Numbered from the stretch's first letter, positions 34,139-45,787 are shown. The stretch: 64,000 bases of DNA from an uncultured delta proteobacterium (GCA_963796685.1 CAWCMR010000025.1:1504001-1568000), one strand, 5' to 3'. Numbers and translations are program-made. Notes: a model not told the origin generated them from the letters alone.

Positions 34139-34941
34139 ATCGTGACAGTCGCGTGACCGAGGTTCACGCCGAGCCCGTGGTCGCCCACGATCCGGAGCAG
34201 CTCGCCCACCTTTCGCTCCATCGCGGGCTTATCGTGCGGCGGGCGCTGCTGGCGAGTGCCATTCGCGGGTTTCTGCCCCTGCCCATGGTCGACGATCTGC
34301 TGGCCGGCCGCGTGCGCGCCGGGTTGTACGCCAAGGTGGCGGCGGGCCGCCAGGTGGATCTTCCGCCCGCCTCGGCCGCGGTCCTGGGCGAGGTCCAGGG
34401 TCGGGGCGCGGTCGCCAAACTGACGGTGACGGCTGCGGCGGCCGTGATCGCCCGGTTCGCGGGGCGGAAATTTCTGGCGCTGCTCGCCGCAGGCCGCAGC
34501 GCCGACGACATGGCGCACACCTACTACAGCGCCATGCTCTTCGATCACTACTGCGCCAAGCTGCACGTGGGCGGCGAAATCAGCACAACTCAAGCGGAAC
34601 GCCTGCGGGCGTGCCTGGACGTGAAGGACTCCGACATCTCGCTCGGTCCGGCGCGCGCCGCGTTCGGCGAGGGAAGCCGCATCCTGGGGCGCTCGTTGCT
34701 GGAAGCCCCGCGCTGGGTTTCCCGGCGAATCGCCGTCTTGGGCGAGCGCTTCGTCCACAGCGGGGGCAATCCCGACGTGCTCGATGCGTTTCCCGAAGAG
34801 CAGGGCGGGGAAACCGCCTGGCTGGACCGCGCCGCCCGTGCCGTCGAGGAGGCCTTGACCCGGGCGGGCAACGAGCACCTGACCCGTCTCGTGCACGCCT
34901 TCGAGGAGCGATGGAAGGCAAAAAGAACGAGCGCCGATTGA
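34135..34941 (+). CDS. Hypothetical protein
   Basis: ATGA overlap with upstream gene; LPLPMVDD motif. Confidence 0.6.
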   Translation: MNRDSRVTEVHAEPVVAHDPEQLAHLSLHRGLIVRRALLASAIRGFLPLPMVDDLLAGRVRAGLYAKVAAGRQVDLPPASAAVLGEVQGRGAVAKLTVTAAAAVIARFAGRKFLALLAAGRSADDMAHTYYSAMLFDHYCAKLHVGGEISTTQAERLRACLDVKDSDISLGPARAAFGEGSRILGRSLLEAPRWVSRRIAVLGERFVHSGGNPDVLDAFPEEQGGETAWLDRAARAVEEALTRAGNEHLTRLVHAFEERWKAKRTSAD

Positions 34942-34975
34942 GGAGCGCCTTACGCTTTGGTACCATGGAGCCTAC

Positions 34976-35566
34976 GTGACGAAAAAGAAGATCCCCCAGC
35001 CCACCGCCAAACGCCGTAAGACCATCAAGCCAATTGCCGCAGGCAAGAAGAAGATCGCGGGCAAGGGAGCGAAGGTCAAAGGGGGAGCCAAGGGCAAGAA
35101 ACCCGTTGCCCGGCGGGCACGCGAGGTGGTCTCGCCTTTGCCGACCATGCGACCGGCCGACGAACGCGAGCGACGCGAGTCCCTGGCCTCGGCCAAGGCC
35201 GTCATCACGGCGGCGCTGGAGAAGAAGGCCGTCGAGCCCGTGCTCATCGACGTGTGCGGCCGTTCCAGCTACGCGGACTTCATCGCGGTGGTCAGCGGGC
35301 GCAGCGATCGCCAGGTCGATGCCATCGCGGATGGTATCTGCGACGCCATGTCCGCGCGTGGACGCCGTCCCATCGGGCGCGAGGGCGCGCGCAACGGGCG
35401 TTGGGTGCTCATCGATTTCGCCGACGTGGTGGTCCACGTCTTCTACCATCCGCTGCGCGAGGTCTTCGACATCGAGAGCCTGTGGATCGACGCGCCTCGG
35501 ATCAAGTTGCAGATCCCCGCAGAGGCGCGCGCCGACGCGGCGCCGAGCCGCGACAGCCCGACGTGA
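34976..35566 (+). CDS. rsfS: Ribosome silencing factor with Lys-rich N-terminal extension
   Basis: EKKA, SGRSDRQVDAIAD, WVLIDFADVVVHVF, DIESLW. Confidence 0.93.
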   Translation: MTKKKIPQPTAKRRKTIKPIAAGKKKIAGKGAKVKGGAKGKKPVARRAREVVSPLPTMRPADERERRESLASAKAVITAALEKKAVEPVLIDVCGRSSYADFIAVVSGRSDRQVDAIADGICDAMSARGRRPIGREGARNGRWVLIDFADVVVHVFYHPLREVFDIESLWIDAPRIKLQIPAEARADAAPSRDSPT

Positions 35567-35985
35567 AGATCCTGATCCGCGCCGTCGGCAAGATGCGGGA
35601 CCGGCGGCTCGAGTCCGTGTGCGAGGAGTACTGCGCGCGCATTCGCCGTCACTTGCCGATCGAGATTGGCGAGGTCGAGGGGGACGAGGCGCTCTTGCGC
35701 GGCTTGCCGGCGGGGGCCGAGATCGTCGCGCTGGAGCCAGGCGGCGACGCCTGGACGACGAGCGCCTTTTCCCAGTACCTCGAAAAGCGCATGGTGCAGG
35801 GAACGCGGGCCATCGCGTTTCTCATCGGCGGCGCCGACGGCCTGGCCGCAGGCACCGTCGGCAAGTGCCAGCGCCGGCTCTCGCTTTCGCCGCTGACCCT
35901 GCCGCACCGACTGGCGCGCGTGCTCTTGTGCGAGCAGATCTACCGCGCCATCTCGATCATTCGCGGCGAACCGTATAGTCGTTGA
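35563..35985 (+). CDS. rlmH: 23S rRNA (pseudouridine1915-N3)-methyltransferase
   Basis: AVGK, FLIGGADG, SLSPLTLPH, EQIYRA, GEPY; follows rsfS. Confidence 0.93.
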   Translation: MKILIRAVGKMRDRRLESVCEEYCARIRRHLPIEIGEVEGDEALLRGLPAGAEIVALEPGGDAWTTSAFSQYLEKRMVQGTRAIAFLIGGADGLAAGTVGKCQRRLSLSPLTLPHRLARVLLCEQIYRAISIIRGEPYSR

Positions 35986-36778
35986 GATGGGAACCCTCAA
36001 AGGGTTCCCAAACCCTCCCGCGCTCTGGCGGAGCCAGGCGAGGGCGAGGGCGAAGCCCGAGGTGGAGGTAGGGTGGGCAGGCGGGTCCCGAGGCCCGGCT
36101 CCGCCAACGCGGAAGATGGGAACTCCCCCTGAAACCACCTCTGAAACACCTCGCCCCGCGCAGCGGGGAGAGGTCGCCGAGCGCAGCGAGGCGGGTGAGG
36201 GGTAGTCACCTTTCACGCCAGAAGGATCCGGTTCTCGCTCCTCACCTTGTGGTGCCCCTCACCCTGTCCCTCTCCCCGGCTGACGCCGGGGCGAGGGGAC
36301 CTGCCTGTTGGATCCCTCCACGAGGACGCGATCTTGTGGAACCGCCCGAACGCCGTCTCGTGCCGAGCGCAGCGAGGCGGGTGAGGGGTAGTCACCTTTC
36401 ACGCCAGAAGGATCCGGTTCTCGCTCCTCACCTTGTGGTGCCCCTCACCCTGTCCCTCTCCCCGGCTGACGCCGGGGCGAGGGGACCTGCCTGTTGGATC
36501 CCTCCACGAGGACGCGATCTTGTGGAACCGCCCGAACGCCGTCTCGTGCCGAGCGCAGCGAGGCGGGTGAGGGGTAGTCACCTTTCACGCCAGAAGGATC
36601 CGGTTCTCGCTCCTCACCTTGTGGTGCCCCTCACCCTGTCCCTCTCCCCGGCTGACGCCGGGGCGAGGGGACCTGCCTGTTGGATTCCTCCACGAGGACG
36701 CGATCTTGTGGAACCGCCCGAACGCCGTCTCGTGCCGAGCGCAGCGAGGCGGGTGAGCATCTGTGTTCCTAGTCAAGG

Positions 36779-38023
<1,245 letters not shown>

Positions 38024-39396
38024 TCACGCCAGAAGGATCCGGTTCTCGCTCCTCACCTTGTGGTGCCCCTCACCCTGTCCCTCTCCCCGGCTGACGCCGG
38101 GGCGAGGGGACCTGCCTGTTGGATTCCTCCACGAGGACGCGATCTTGTGGAACCGCCCGAACGCCGTCTCGTGCCGAGCGCAGCGAGGCGGGTGAGGGGT
38201 AGTCACCTTTCACGCCAGAAGGATCCGGTTCTCGCTCCTCACCTTGTGGTGCCCCTCACCCTGTCCCTCTCCCCGGCTGACGCCGGGGCGAGGGGACCTG
38301 CCTGTTGGATCCCTCCACGAGGACGCGATCTTGTGGAACCGCCCGAACGCCGTCTCGTGCCGAGCGCAGCGAGGCGGGTGAGGGGTAGTCACCTTTCACG
38401 CCAGAAGGATCCGGTTCTCGCTCCTCACCTTGTGGTGCCCCTCACCCTGTCCCTCTCCCCGGCTGACGCCGGGGCGAGGGGACCTGCCTGTTGGATTCCT
38501 CCACGAGGACGCGATCTTGTGGAACCGCCCGAACGCCGTCTCGTGCCGAGCGCAGCGAGGCGGGTGAGGGGTAGTCACCTTTCACGCCAGAAGGATCCGG
38601 TTCTCGCTCCTCACCTTGTGGTGCCCCTCACCCTGTCCCTCTCCCCGGCTGACGCCGGGGCGAGGGGACCTGCCTGTTGGATTCCTCCACGAGGACGCGA
38701 TCTTGTGGAACCGCCCGAACGCCGTCTCGTGCCGAGCGCAGCGAGGCGGGTGAGGGGTAGTCACCTTTCACGCCAGAAGGATCCGGTTCTCGCTCCTCAC
38801 CTTGTGGTGCCCCTCACCCTGTCCCTCTCCCCGGCTGACGCCGGGGCGAGGGGACCTGCCTGTTGGATTCCTCCACGAGGACGCAATCTTGTGGAACCGC
38901 CCGAACGCCGTCTCGTGCCGAGCGCAGCGAGGCGGGTGAGGGGTAGTCACCTTTCACGCCAGAAGGATCCGGTTCTCGCTCCTCACCTTGTGGTGCCCCT
39001 CACCCTGTCCCTCTCCCCGGCTGACGCCGGGGCGAGGGGACCTGCCTGTTGGATCCCTCCACGAGGACGCGATTTTGTGGAACCGCCCGAACGCCGTCTC
39101 GTGCCGAGCGCAGCGAGGCGGGTGAGGGGTAGTCACCTTTCACGCCAGAAGGCTCCGGTTCTCGCTCCTCACCTGAAGCACCTCGCGCTGCGAAGCGGGG
39201 AATGTCCCGGCTGACGCCGGGGCGAGGGGACCTGCCTGTTGGATCCCTCCACGAGGACGCGATCTTGTGGAATCGTTCGAACGCCCCTCGCGCCGAGCGC
39301 AGCGAGGCGGGCAAGGGCACGGTCTGTCGTGCCGTCGAATCTTGTCGTGCTCCTTCGCCTTTGGGGGCGAGCGTAGCCCAGCTTTGCTGGGCGAAG

Positions 39397-41471
39397 GTGC
39401 GTCCGGCATGGACGCAGAACAAGAGGTGAAGCCATGAAATAGCCAAGTCCTCTGGGGACCCTGACGGAGGGAACCTCCCACCTACGAGACAAGGGCGCCG
39501 GTCTGGAGCACCAGGCCAGACGGGCCGCAAGGCCCGTCTCCCGCGAGGAGGTGTCTGGTGGAAGTCTATGGTGCAGCGCCGAACCGAACGAAAGTGAAGC
39601 GCCGTAAGGCGTGGGTACCGCTGGGCAAGCTGGCCTTCGGCGGCAAAGCCCAATATTCGTCGGGCGGCCCGCGTAGTGGCGACGGAGTCGGTGCGAAGTT
39701 CTGCGTTCTTACCCGGAGAGACCTCTTGGCCTCCGCGGCGAGGAATCGCAAGCGGAATTCATCGAGAACGAAAGGACGAGATGAAGAAGGGACAAGAGGA
39801 GTCGGATGGTCGCGTAATACCGGAAGGCCGGCGAAAGCCGGTTCCAACCGCCAGAAGGCGGGGAGGGAAGGCGACCACGGCCAGCAAAGAGGCAAGGCAG
39901 CTCGGACTGTTTCCCGAGACAGCCGACAACCCGAAAGGGACCACCGCCCAAGCGGATCCGGGCCAACCCGTGCCTGCGCGGAGCGAGGTGCCGAAGTCGG
40001 GGAACGAGGAAGAGAGGACCTTGCCGCCCATGACGATGGAGGAGGTAGCGAGCGAAGGAAACCTGAAAAGAGCGTTCGAGCAAGTGAAGGCCAACAAAGG
40101 CGCACCTGGACCGGACCGGCAAAGCGTGGGGGAAGTGGCGAAGGGGTTGGGGACGCTGATACCGGCGCTGTCGCGGTCGCTGCTCGACGGGACATACCGA
40201 GTCGGAGACATCCGGCGGGTATGGATACCGAAGAGCGGTGGCGGGCGGCGGGGCCTTGGCATACCGAACGTGGTGGACCGCGTGGTTCAGCAGGCCGTGC
40301 ACCAAGTGCTCGGTCCGCATTATGAGCCGACGTTTCACCCGTCGAGCCACGGTTTCCGACCTGGGCGCAGCTGTCACACGGCCATCGCCGAGGCCAAGCA
40401 GTATCTGGAGGAAGGGTACGAATGGGTGGTCGACCTCGACCTGGAAAAGTTCTTTGACTGGGTCCACTGGCAACGGCTGGTGGCGCGGCTAGAACAGAGG
40501 GTTAAGGACCGGCGGCTCATCGAGCTCATCTGGCAGATGCTGAAAGCCAAGGTGGTGATGCCCGACGGAGTGGTGGTGGCGACGGAAGAAGGAGTGCCAC
40601 AAGGTGGTCCGCTTTCGCCGTTACTGAGCAATATCGTGCTGGACGAGCTCGACCGCGAGCTTGCCCAACGCGGTCACCGCTTCGTGCGCTATGCGGACGA
40701 CTGCAACATCTACGTCGGAAGCGAGCGCTCGGGTCAGCGTGTGATGGCCAGCGTGGTCAAGTTCATCGAAGGCCGGATGCGGTTGAAGGTGAACTTGGCC
40801 AAGAGCGCGGTGGCCCGACCGGAAGAGCGGCACTTTCTGGGATTCCGGCTGCGGCGCGAGCCGCTGACGGGGGAAGCGGAGGTGCTGCTGTCGGCGCGGA
40901 GCAAAAGCCGCATTGACGAGAAGGTCCGAGAGCTGACGCCGCGAAACCTTGGGCAGTCCCTCAAGGGCTGCATCAAACAGGTCAACGCGTATTTGCTCGG
41001 ATGGATCGGCTTCTTCTGTATCTGCACGGCCGCGGAAGAGCGGACGCTGCAGGCACTCGACGCACACATCAGGCGGCGGCTGCGAGCGATAGTGCTACGG
41101 CACTGGAAACGCAGACGCTTCATCGCACGACACCTCATCAGCCTGGGGGTGAGACCGAAAACCGCGTGGCAAGGGGTCTACAAGGGGCATCGCTCCTGGT
41201 GGGCGCTGAGCCACACATCGGTAGTTGAACGAGGACTGCGCAACGCATATTTTGCCGAACGCGGGCTTGTCAGCCTGGCCGAGCGGTGGAAGGACCATCA
41301 CGCCTTGGACTTCATGGACCCGGCCCTGGAGCCAGGATAGCTGCGGGCAGCAATGCCGGCGCTGGACTACGGGTCGCTCCCGAACGCCAGCGTCCCGAAG
41401 AGCCGGATGTGAGGCCCACAAGTCCGGTTCTGTGAGAGCTGGGGGAGGGTAACCTCCCCTGGCTACTCGAC
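39397..41471 (+). mobile_element. Group II intron, class C-like, apparently full length
   Basis: 5' GTGCGTCCGGCATGG; domain V GAGCCGGATGTG..GTCCGGTTC; domain VI ending CTACTCGAC; ends confirmed by the uninterrupted homolog at 37953/37954. Confidence 0.93.
39781..41340 (+). CDS. ltrA: Group II intron reverse transcriptase/maturase, no endonuclease domain (start may be 40030)
   Basis: NKGAPGPD, RGLGIP..DRVVQQA, GFRPGRS, DLEKFFD, PQGGPLSPLL, RYADD. Confidence 0.95.
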   Translation: MKKGQEESDGRVIPEGRRKPVPTARRRGGKATTASKEARQLGLFPETADNPKGTTAQADPGQPVPARSEVPKSGNEEERTLPPMTMEEVASEGNLKRAFEQVKANKGAPGPDRQSVGEVAKGLGTLIPALSRSLLDGTYRVGDIRRVWIPKSGGGRRGLGIPNVVDRVVQQAVHQVLGPHYEPTFHPSSHGFRPGRSCHTAIAEAKQYLEEGYEWVVDLDLEKFFDWVHWQRLVARLEQRVKDRRLIELIWQMLKAKVVMPDGVVVATEEGVPQGGPLSPLLSNIVLDELDRELAQRGHRFVRYADDCNIYVGSERSGQRVMASVVKFIEGRMRLKVNLAKSAVARPEERHFLGFRLRREPLTGEAEVLLSARSKSRIDEKVRELTPRNLGQSLKGCIKQVNAYLLGWIGFFCICTAAEERTLQALDAHIRRRLRAIVLRHWKRRRFIARHLISLGVRPKTAWQGVYKGHRSWWALSHTSVVERGLRNAYFAERGLVSLAERWKDHHALDFMDPALEPG

Positions 41472-41574
41472 CGAGGGGGGACCGGGGGACTGCGAGCGAG
41501 AGCGAGCCAGTCCCCCGTAAGATACAAGGGGTTCCCGTCAACCGCCGGGGGAACCTGCGCTAGACTGACATCCG

Positions 41575-42099
41575 ATGAGCATCGGCAAGCGACTTTTCAA
41601 TCTGGCGAAATCGGAGCTGAATTCGCTTCTCGATCGCGCCGTCGAGGCGGAGCAGGTGGTGGCCCCTGGCCGCGATCCCGACGAGGATCTGTACCGCCGC
41701 TTCAGCCTGGACGAGCTCACCGACAAAGAGCTGGAGGCCGAAATCGAACGGCGCCATCGCGAGCGGGCGAAGGCCGCTGCGAGCCGCTCCCGTCCCGCTG
41801 GCAAGCCGGCGGCCGGGGCACCAGCCTCGGACAAGCCCGGGCCGGACAACGCCCGCGCGTCCAATGGCACTCAGGCGCGCAAGCCCTCGCCTGACGACGA
41901 GCTTCGGCGTGCCTACGCGGCCCTTGAAGTCCCGTTCGGCTCCGACTTCGCGACGGTTCGCAAGTCGTACCGGGTGCTCATGCGCAAGTACCACCCCGAC
42001 CGGCACGCCAGCTCGCCCGAGAAACAGAAGGCCGCCACCGAGCTGGCGCAGAAACTCTCGGCGGCCTACCAGCTCATCGAGCAGCACGCGCGCAAGTGA
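41575..42099 (+). CDS. DnaJ-domain protein (C-terminal J domain)
   Basis: YRVLMRKYHPD. Confidence 0.85.
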   Translation: MSIGKRLFNLAKSELNSLLDRAVEAEQVVAPGRDPDEDLYRRFSLDELTDKELEAEIERRHRERAKAAASRSRPAGKPAAGAPASDKPGPDNARASNGTQARKPSPDDELRRAYAALEVPFGSDFATVRKSYRVLMRKYHPDRHASSPEKQKAATELAQKLSAAYQLIEQHARK

Positions 42100-42165
42100 C
42101 CGGCAGGGCGGAAATCCGCCTTACCCCTATCGAGGGGCCGGGGCTATGATGCAGGCGGGGCATGG

Positions 42166-43206
42166 GTGAAGAACATTTCGACTTGGACGAGTAACGCCGA
42201 CATGCTGACAAGACGACACCTGCCGCGCAACGTCTACACCATTGCGATTTGCGTGTGCGTGGGCTGCATGGGCTATCGCACCCCGATGAACGCTTCCAAG
42301 GGGAAAGCGACACCCGGAGCTTCACCAACCGATGCAGGTGCCAATGTTGCCTCCCCGGATTCGTCTCTCGACCTCGCCGCCGACGCGTCACCTGATCGAG
42401 GTCGGGACACGTCGCGTGACCTGGCTGCGGATCTTCCACCTGATCGTGTCCCGGACTCGCCCCGCAACGACACGCGGGTTTTCACCGGTTGCACCTCCGG
42501 CGACCCGTACATCTTGGTTCTTGGCTCGGATGACGTCTTGTACCGATTCGCTCCCGACACGATCGCGCTCACTCGCATTGCCAGTGTGTCTTGCGGCACC
42601 CAGGCTCTGAACTCGCTGACAGTTTCTCCACGCGGGCCAGCGTACATCTCGAGCCATTCCGGGCAGCTGTGCGTGGTCGATTTGGCGACCTTCACGGCCG
42701 CGCTCACCAGTTTCGATCCGTCGGTGATCCAGAATAGCCGCTACGGCATGGCGCTCTTGCCAGACAACGTACCGGCGGGACAAACGCTTTACATCGTTAC
42801 CAACACGAGCAGCGGTCAGGCCAACAACCTTTCCCACATCGACTTGTCGAATTTCTGGCTGACGACCGTTGGTCCCATAATGCCCGCTCTGCCCGCCATC
42901 GAGCTGACCGCCGGTCCGAATGGCGAGCTGTACGCCTTTTCCCCCGGTACCGTGACCTCCCAGCTCCTCACCATCGACCCCAGCACCGCCATGGCCATCG
43001 ACGTGACCGACGTTCCCGCAGGCTATAGCCACCCGTCCTTCGCCCTGGTCAACTGGCAGGGGGACTTCTATCTGTTCCTTGGCGATGGCTCCAACATCCT
43101 CGGCAACGCCAATGTCTTCCACTACCACAAGGGCGACACGCAGGTCACCCTGGTGGGCGGCCTCGACCGGACCATCATCGGCGCGGGCGTGGCCCTTTGC
43201 CAGTAG
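42166..43206 (+). CDS. Hypothetical secreted beta-propeller-like protein
   Basis: Asp/Pro linker then beta-rich repeats, ending IIGAGV; start uncertain. Confidence 0.6.
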   Translation: MKNISTWTSNADMLTRRHLPRNVYTIAICVCVGCMGYRTPMNASKGKATPGASPTDAGANVASPDSSLDLAADASPDRGRDTSRDLAADLPPDRVPDSPRNDTRVFTGCTSGDPYILVLGSDDVLYRFAPDTIALTRIASVSCGTQALNSLTVSPRGPAYISSHSGQLCVVDLATFTAALTSFDPSVIQNSRYGMALLPDNVPAGQTLYIVTNTSSGQANNLSHIDLSNFWLTTVGPIMPALPAIELTAGPNGELYAFSPGTVTSQLLTIDPSTAMAIDVTDVPAGYSHPSFALVNWQGDFYLFLGDGSNILGNANVFHYHKGDTQVTLVGGLDRTIIGAGVALCQ

Positions 43207-43318
43207 GCGCTTGGACGAGAAGGCCATGGTAGCTTCCGCGCATGGACTTCGACAATCAGGTGGGCCCATTCCCGCGCGGATCGCGGACGAGTTGTGAGAC
43301 CTTCGACAGGCATTGCCG

Positions 43319-43792
43319 ATGCTAGGGACAGGCTTGAAGGAATTGATTCCGCTGCTGCAGGTGGCGGTCGGACCGGTGATCTTGATCTCCGGCGTCGGGC
43401 TCTTGCTGCTCTCGCTCACCAACCGATTCGGACGCGCGGTGGATCGTTCGCGCCAGCTCATCCACGAGATGCGCGAGGTAGGCGAGCCCGACCGACGACA
43501 CCTGCGAAGCCAAGTCGAGATTCTCTATCGCAGAGCGCGCCTCATCCAGATCTCCATCATTCTCGGCGCCACCAGCGTGCTGTTCGCGGCCCTGCTCATC
43601 GTTACGCTCTTCTTCACCGCGCTGATGAAATGGGAATCGGCCGTCATTCTCGGCCTCCTGGTCAGCCTGTTCTTCATAGCCTGCCTGCTCACGCTCATCG
43701 GATCCATCGTGACCTTCATCGTGGACATCCACCTGTCCCTGAAAGCCCTCAAGTTGGAAATGGGCCACGAGAAGCCCGGCGCGGCGGCGTAG
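43319..43792 (+). CDS. DUF2721-like membrane protein
   Basis: AVGPVILISGVGLLLLSLTNRFGRAVDR. Confidence 0.8.
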   Translation: MLGTGLKELIPLLQVAVGPVILISGVGLLLLSLTNRFGRAVDRSRQLIHEMREVGEPDRRHLRSQVEILYRRARLIQISIILGATSVLFAALLIVTLFFTALMKWESAVILGLLVSLFFIACLLTLIGSIVTFIVDIHLSLKALKLEMGHEKPGAAA

Positions 43793-43893
43793 CACCCGCT
43801 GCAGGCGAAGAAGGGGAGGTCAGCCGGACCTGCTGCCACGGCTACGACGAGGATCTTCGCTGCTTGACTACCTGAGGTACACTCTTTCGGCAG

Positions 43894-44508
43894 GTGCCGC
43901 TCATGGCTGCGACAACGGAGCTGATTCTCAGGTTCTCTGAAGCCGCGGAATGGGATGCTTGGCTCGCGAGCAACCACGATCGCTCGGGAGCCGTGTTGCT
44001 GCGCATCCCGAAACGGAAAGGGAGCGATCTGACCTACGCCCGCGCTCTCGACACAGCACTTGCGTGGGGCTGGATCGATAGCCAGAAACGCGCGCTGGAC
44101 GCCTCGGCCTGGCTTCAGCGATTTTCTCCCCGCGTCGCGAAAAGCCCGTGGTCGAAGATCAACCGCGCGCGAGCCGAGGCGCTGATTGCGTCGGGTGTGA
44201 TGAAGCCTCCGGGGCTCGTCGAGGTAGAGCGTGCGCGCGCCGACGGCCGCTGGGCGCGCGCCTATGACAGCGCTCGTGCAGCCCAGGTCCCCTCGGACCT
44301 TGCCAGCGCTCTGGCGCGCAACCCACGGGCGCGGACCTTCTTCGATGCGCTCGACCGCGCCAATCGCTATGCGATCCTCTGGCGCGTGCAGACGGCGAAG
44401 AAACCCGAAACCCGCGCGCGCCGCATCGAACGATTCGTCGCCATGTGCGCGTCTGGTCAGACCCTTCACCCCGTCTCCCGCGAGAGCTTGCGCAGCAAGA
44501 AAAGGTGA
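43894..44508 (+). CDS. YdeI/OmpD-associated family protein
   Basis: GWIDS, RFSPR..SPWSKIN, AKKPETRARRI. Confidence 0.88.
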   Translation: MPLMAATTELILRFSEAAEWDAWLASNHDRSGAVLLRIPKRKGSDLTYARALDTALAWGWIDSQKRALDASAWLQRFSPRVAKSPWSKINRARAEALIASGVMKPPGLVEVERARADGRWARAYDSARAAQVPSDLASALARNPRARTFFDALDRANRYAILWRVQTAKKPETRARRIERFVAMCASGQTLHPVSRESLRSKKR

Positions 44509-44610
44509 ACGAGGTCTGCCGACCGGCTGCTCGTCGTCCAACGCCTTCGACCGAGAGCTGACGGCCTTCGTCTTCATCGGCTTGTTCGGTGGCTCACCTA
44601 CTGCACCGGT

Positions 44611-45192
44611 TCACCCGCGATCGGGCGCAGGGGACCGATCGTTGGGTGCAACGCCTTGTTGGGCAGCCTCGGCAAGGTGAAGCAGCATTACCCACACCGA
44701 GCTCGATAGTTTTCCTACCGTCAGCACGGTCTCCTTTTCAACATTGAATCCGTGCTTCTCCCAGAATCGTCGGGCGGCAGGGTTTTGCTTCTGGACCACC
44801 AGGCGAACAAGCTTACCTCCCTGCCGAGAGATCCAGCTGCCAGCTCCAAGCCAAGTGTCCGTTCCCAGCCCTGTGCCGCGAACGCGAGGCGATATCAGAA
44901 GAAGACCGATCTGCCACTCGTTTGGTCCGGGAAATCCTTCAAGGATCTCGACTACGCCGACCAGACGCTGCTCGCGCTCAACCCCGACGACTCGCTTGGT
45001 CCCGGTGGCAACATGGGAGGGGAGCGGACCCAGTATCTCGTCCGCCGTCGTCGTTCCGCCCGGCTGACCCTCGACCAACTCGAAGAAGTCCGTGCATTCC
45101 CGACACAGCTCAGCCAGACGTGGCTGGTCAGCAGCGTGAAGATCCACTGCAAGGTCGCGAGGAAGTACAGAAAACGTATCGATGGGCTTCAT
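44611..45192 (-). CDS. GNAT family acetyltransferase (cassette)
   Basis: RVRGTGLGT, NPAARRFWEKHGF. Confidence 0.85.
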   Translation of the reverse strand: MKPIDTFSVLPRDLAVDLHAADQPRLAELCRECTDFFELVEGQPGGTTTADEILGPLPSHVATGTKRVVGVEREQRLVGVVEILEGFPGPNEWQIGLLLISPRVRGTGLGTDTWLGAGSWISRQGGKLVRLVVQKQNPAARRFWEKHGFNVEKETVLTVGKLSSSVWVMLLHLAEAAQQGVAPNDRSPAPDRG

Positions 45193-45208
45193 CTGGTTGG
45201 AGAATGCA

Positions 45209-45538
45209 CTACGCCGCGAGCCCAAACCACAGAGCTATGGCCCGGTTGACTCGCACCATGGTTCCGTTATCCAAACGACCGACGGCCTTCCCGATCTTGT
45301 CACGCCGGACGGCAGTGACTTTGTCGACCATGATCTGCGAGACGGAACGCAGCCCGTTTGACTTTGTTGGATCAATTGTTAATCGAAACAACGGGGCGTC
45401 GACGATGGTGCTGGTCACAGGAGCCACCGCAACGCTGGAATGGGTGTCGTTGAATAGGTCTGATTGAATCACGAGGGCTGGCCGAGGCTTGCCGTAGTCG
45501 CCCTGCATAGCGATGATGACGACATCTCCTCGCCTCAC
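45209..45538 (-). CDS. PemK/MazF family toxin
   Basis: MRRGDVV, GKPRPALVIQSD, SQIMVDK. Confidence 0.9.
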   Translation of the reverse strand: MRRGDVVIIAMQGDYGKPRPALVIQSDLFNDTHSSVAVAPVTSTIVDAPLFRLTIDPTKSNGLRSVSQIMVDKVTAVRRDKIGKAVGRLDNGTMVRVNRAIALWFGLAA

Positions 45539-45783
45539 GATGTCCAGCCTTCAGTGTCGCCAAGGGCCTCCACCCACTCCATCGCGTCACGTTCAGATCG
45601 AACATTCTTCTTCGCCGCGAGGCTCTGACGACGGCACTCGTCAGCGAAGCCCCGAGCACGCGTGTCGGGCAGCCAAACCTGCACCAAACGCAGGCCCGAG
45701 TCTCTCATCCGCTCGCGGTAACGCTGAACGGTCTTTCTAGCTGCTGAGGCCTTCGACACGACATGCAGTATAACATGCCACAA
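45535..45783 (-). CDS. MazE-like (DUF3018) antitoxin
   Basis: YRERMRDSGLRLVQVWLPDTR..ECRRQS; 4-bp overlap with toxin. Confidence 0.85.
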   Translation of the reverse strand: MWHVILHVVSKASAARKTVQRYRERMRDSGLRLVQVWLPDTRARGFADECRRQSLAAKKNVRSERDAMEWVEALGDTEGWTS

Positions 45784-45787
45784 GCCA

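Larger units (their letters stand above)
39315..41528 (-). mobile_element. Transposase-less IS110 left-end remnant (~140 bp: 39315-39396 plus 41472-41528), split by an intron
   Basis: Near-identical to 37871-38010 once the intron is removed. Confidence 0.85.

Noticed and set aside
35563-35985. SCCmec-like site-specific island at the rlmH 3' end
   Set aside because: No serine or tyrosine recombinase and no duplicated rlmH end seen.
38060-39214. Repeat-encoded proteins (384-aa plus-strand ORF; 60-aa minus-strand ORFs)
   Set aside because: 186 is divisible by 3 and the GC-rich palindromes lack stops; no RBS or protein-like composition. Translation is not strictly excluded.
39676-41340. Retron, DGR or defence-associated RT
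   Set aside because: It has group II intron RT0/X motifs and lies within clear GTGCG and domain V/VI boundaries.
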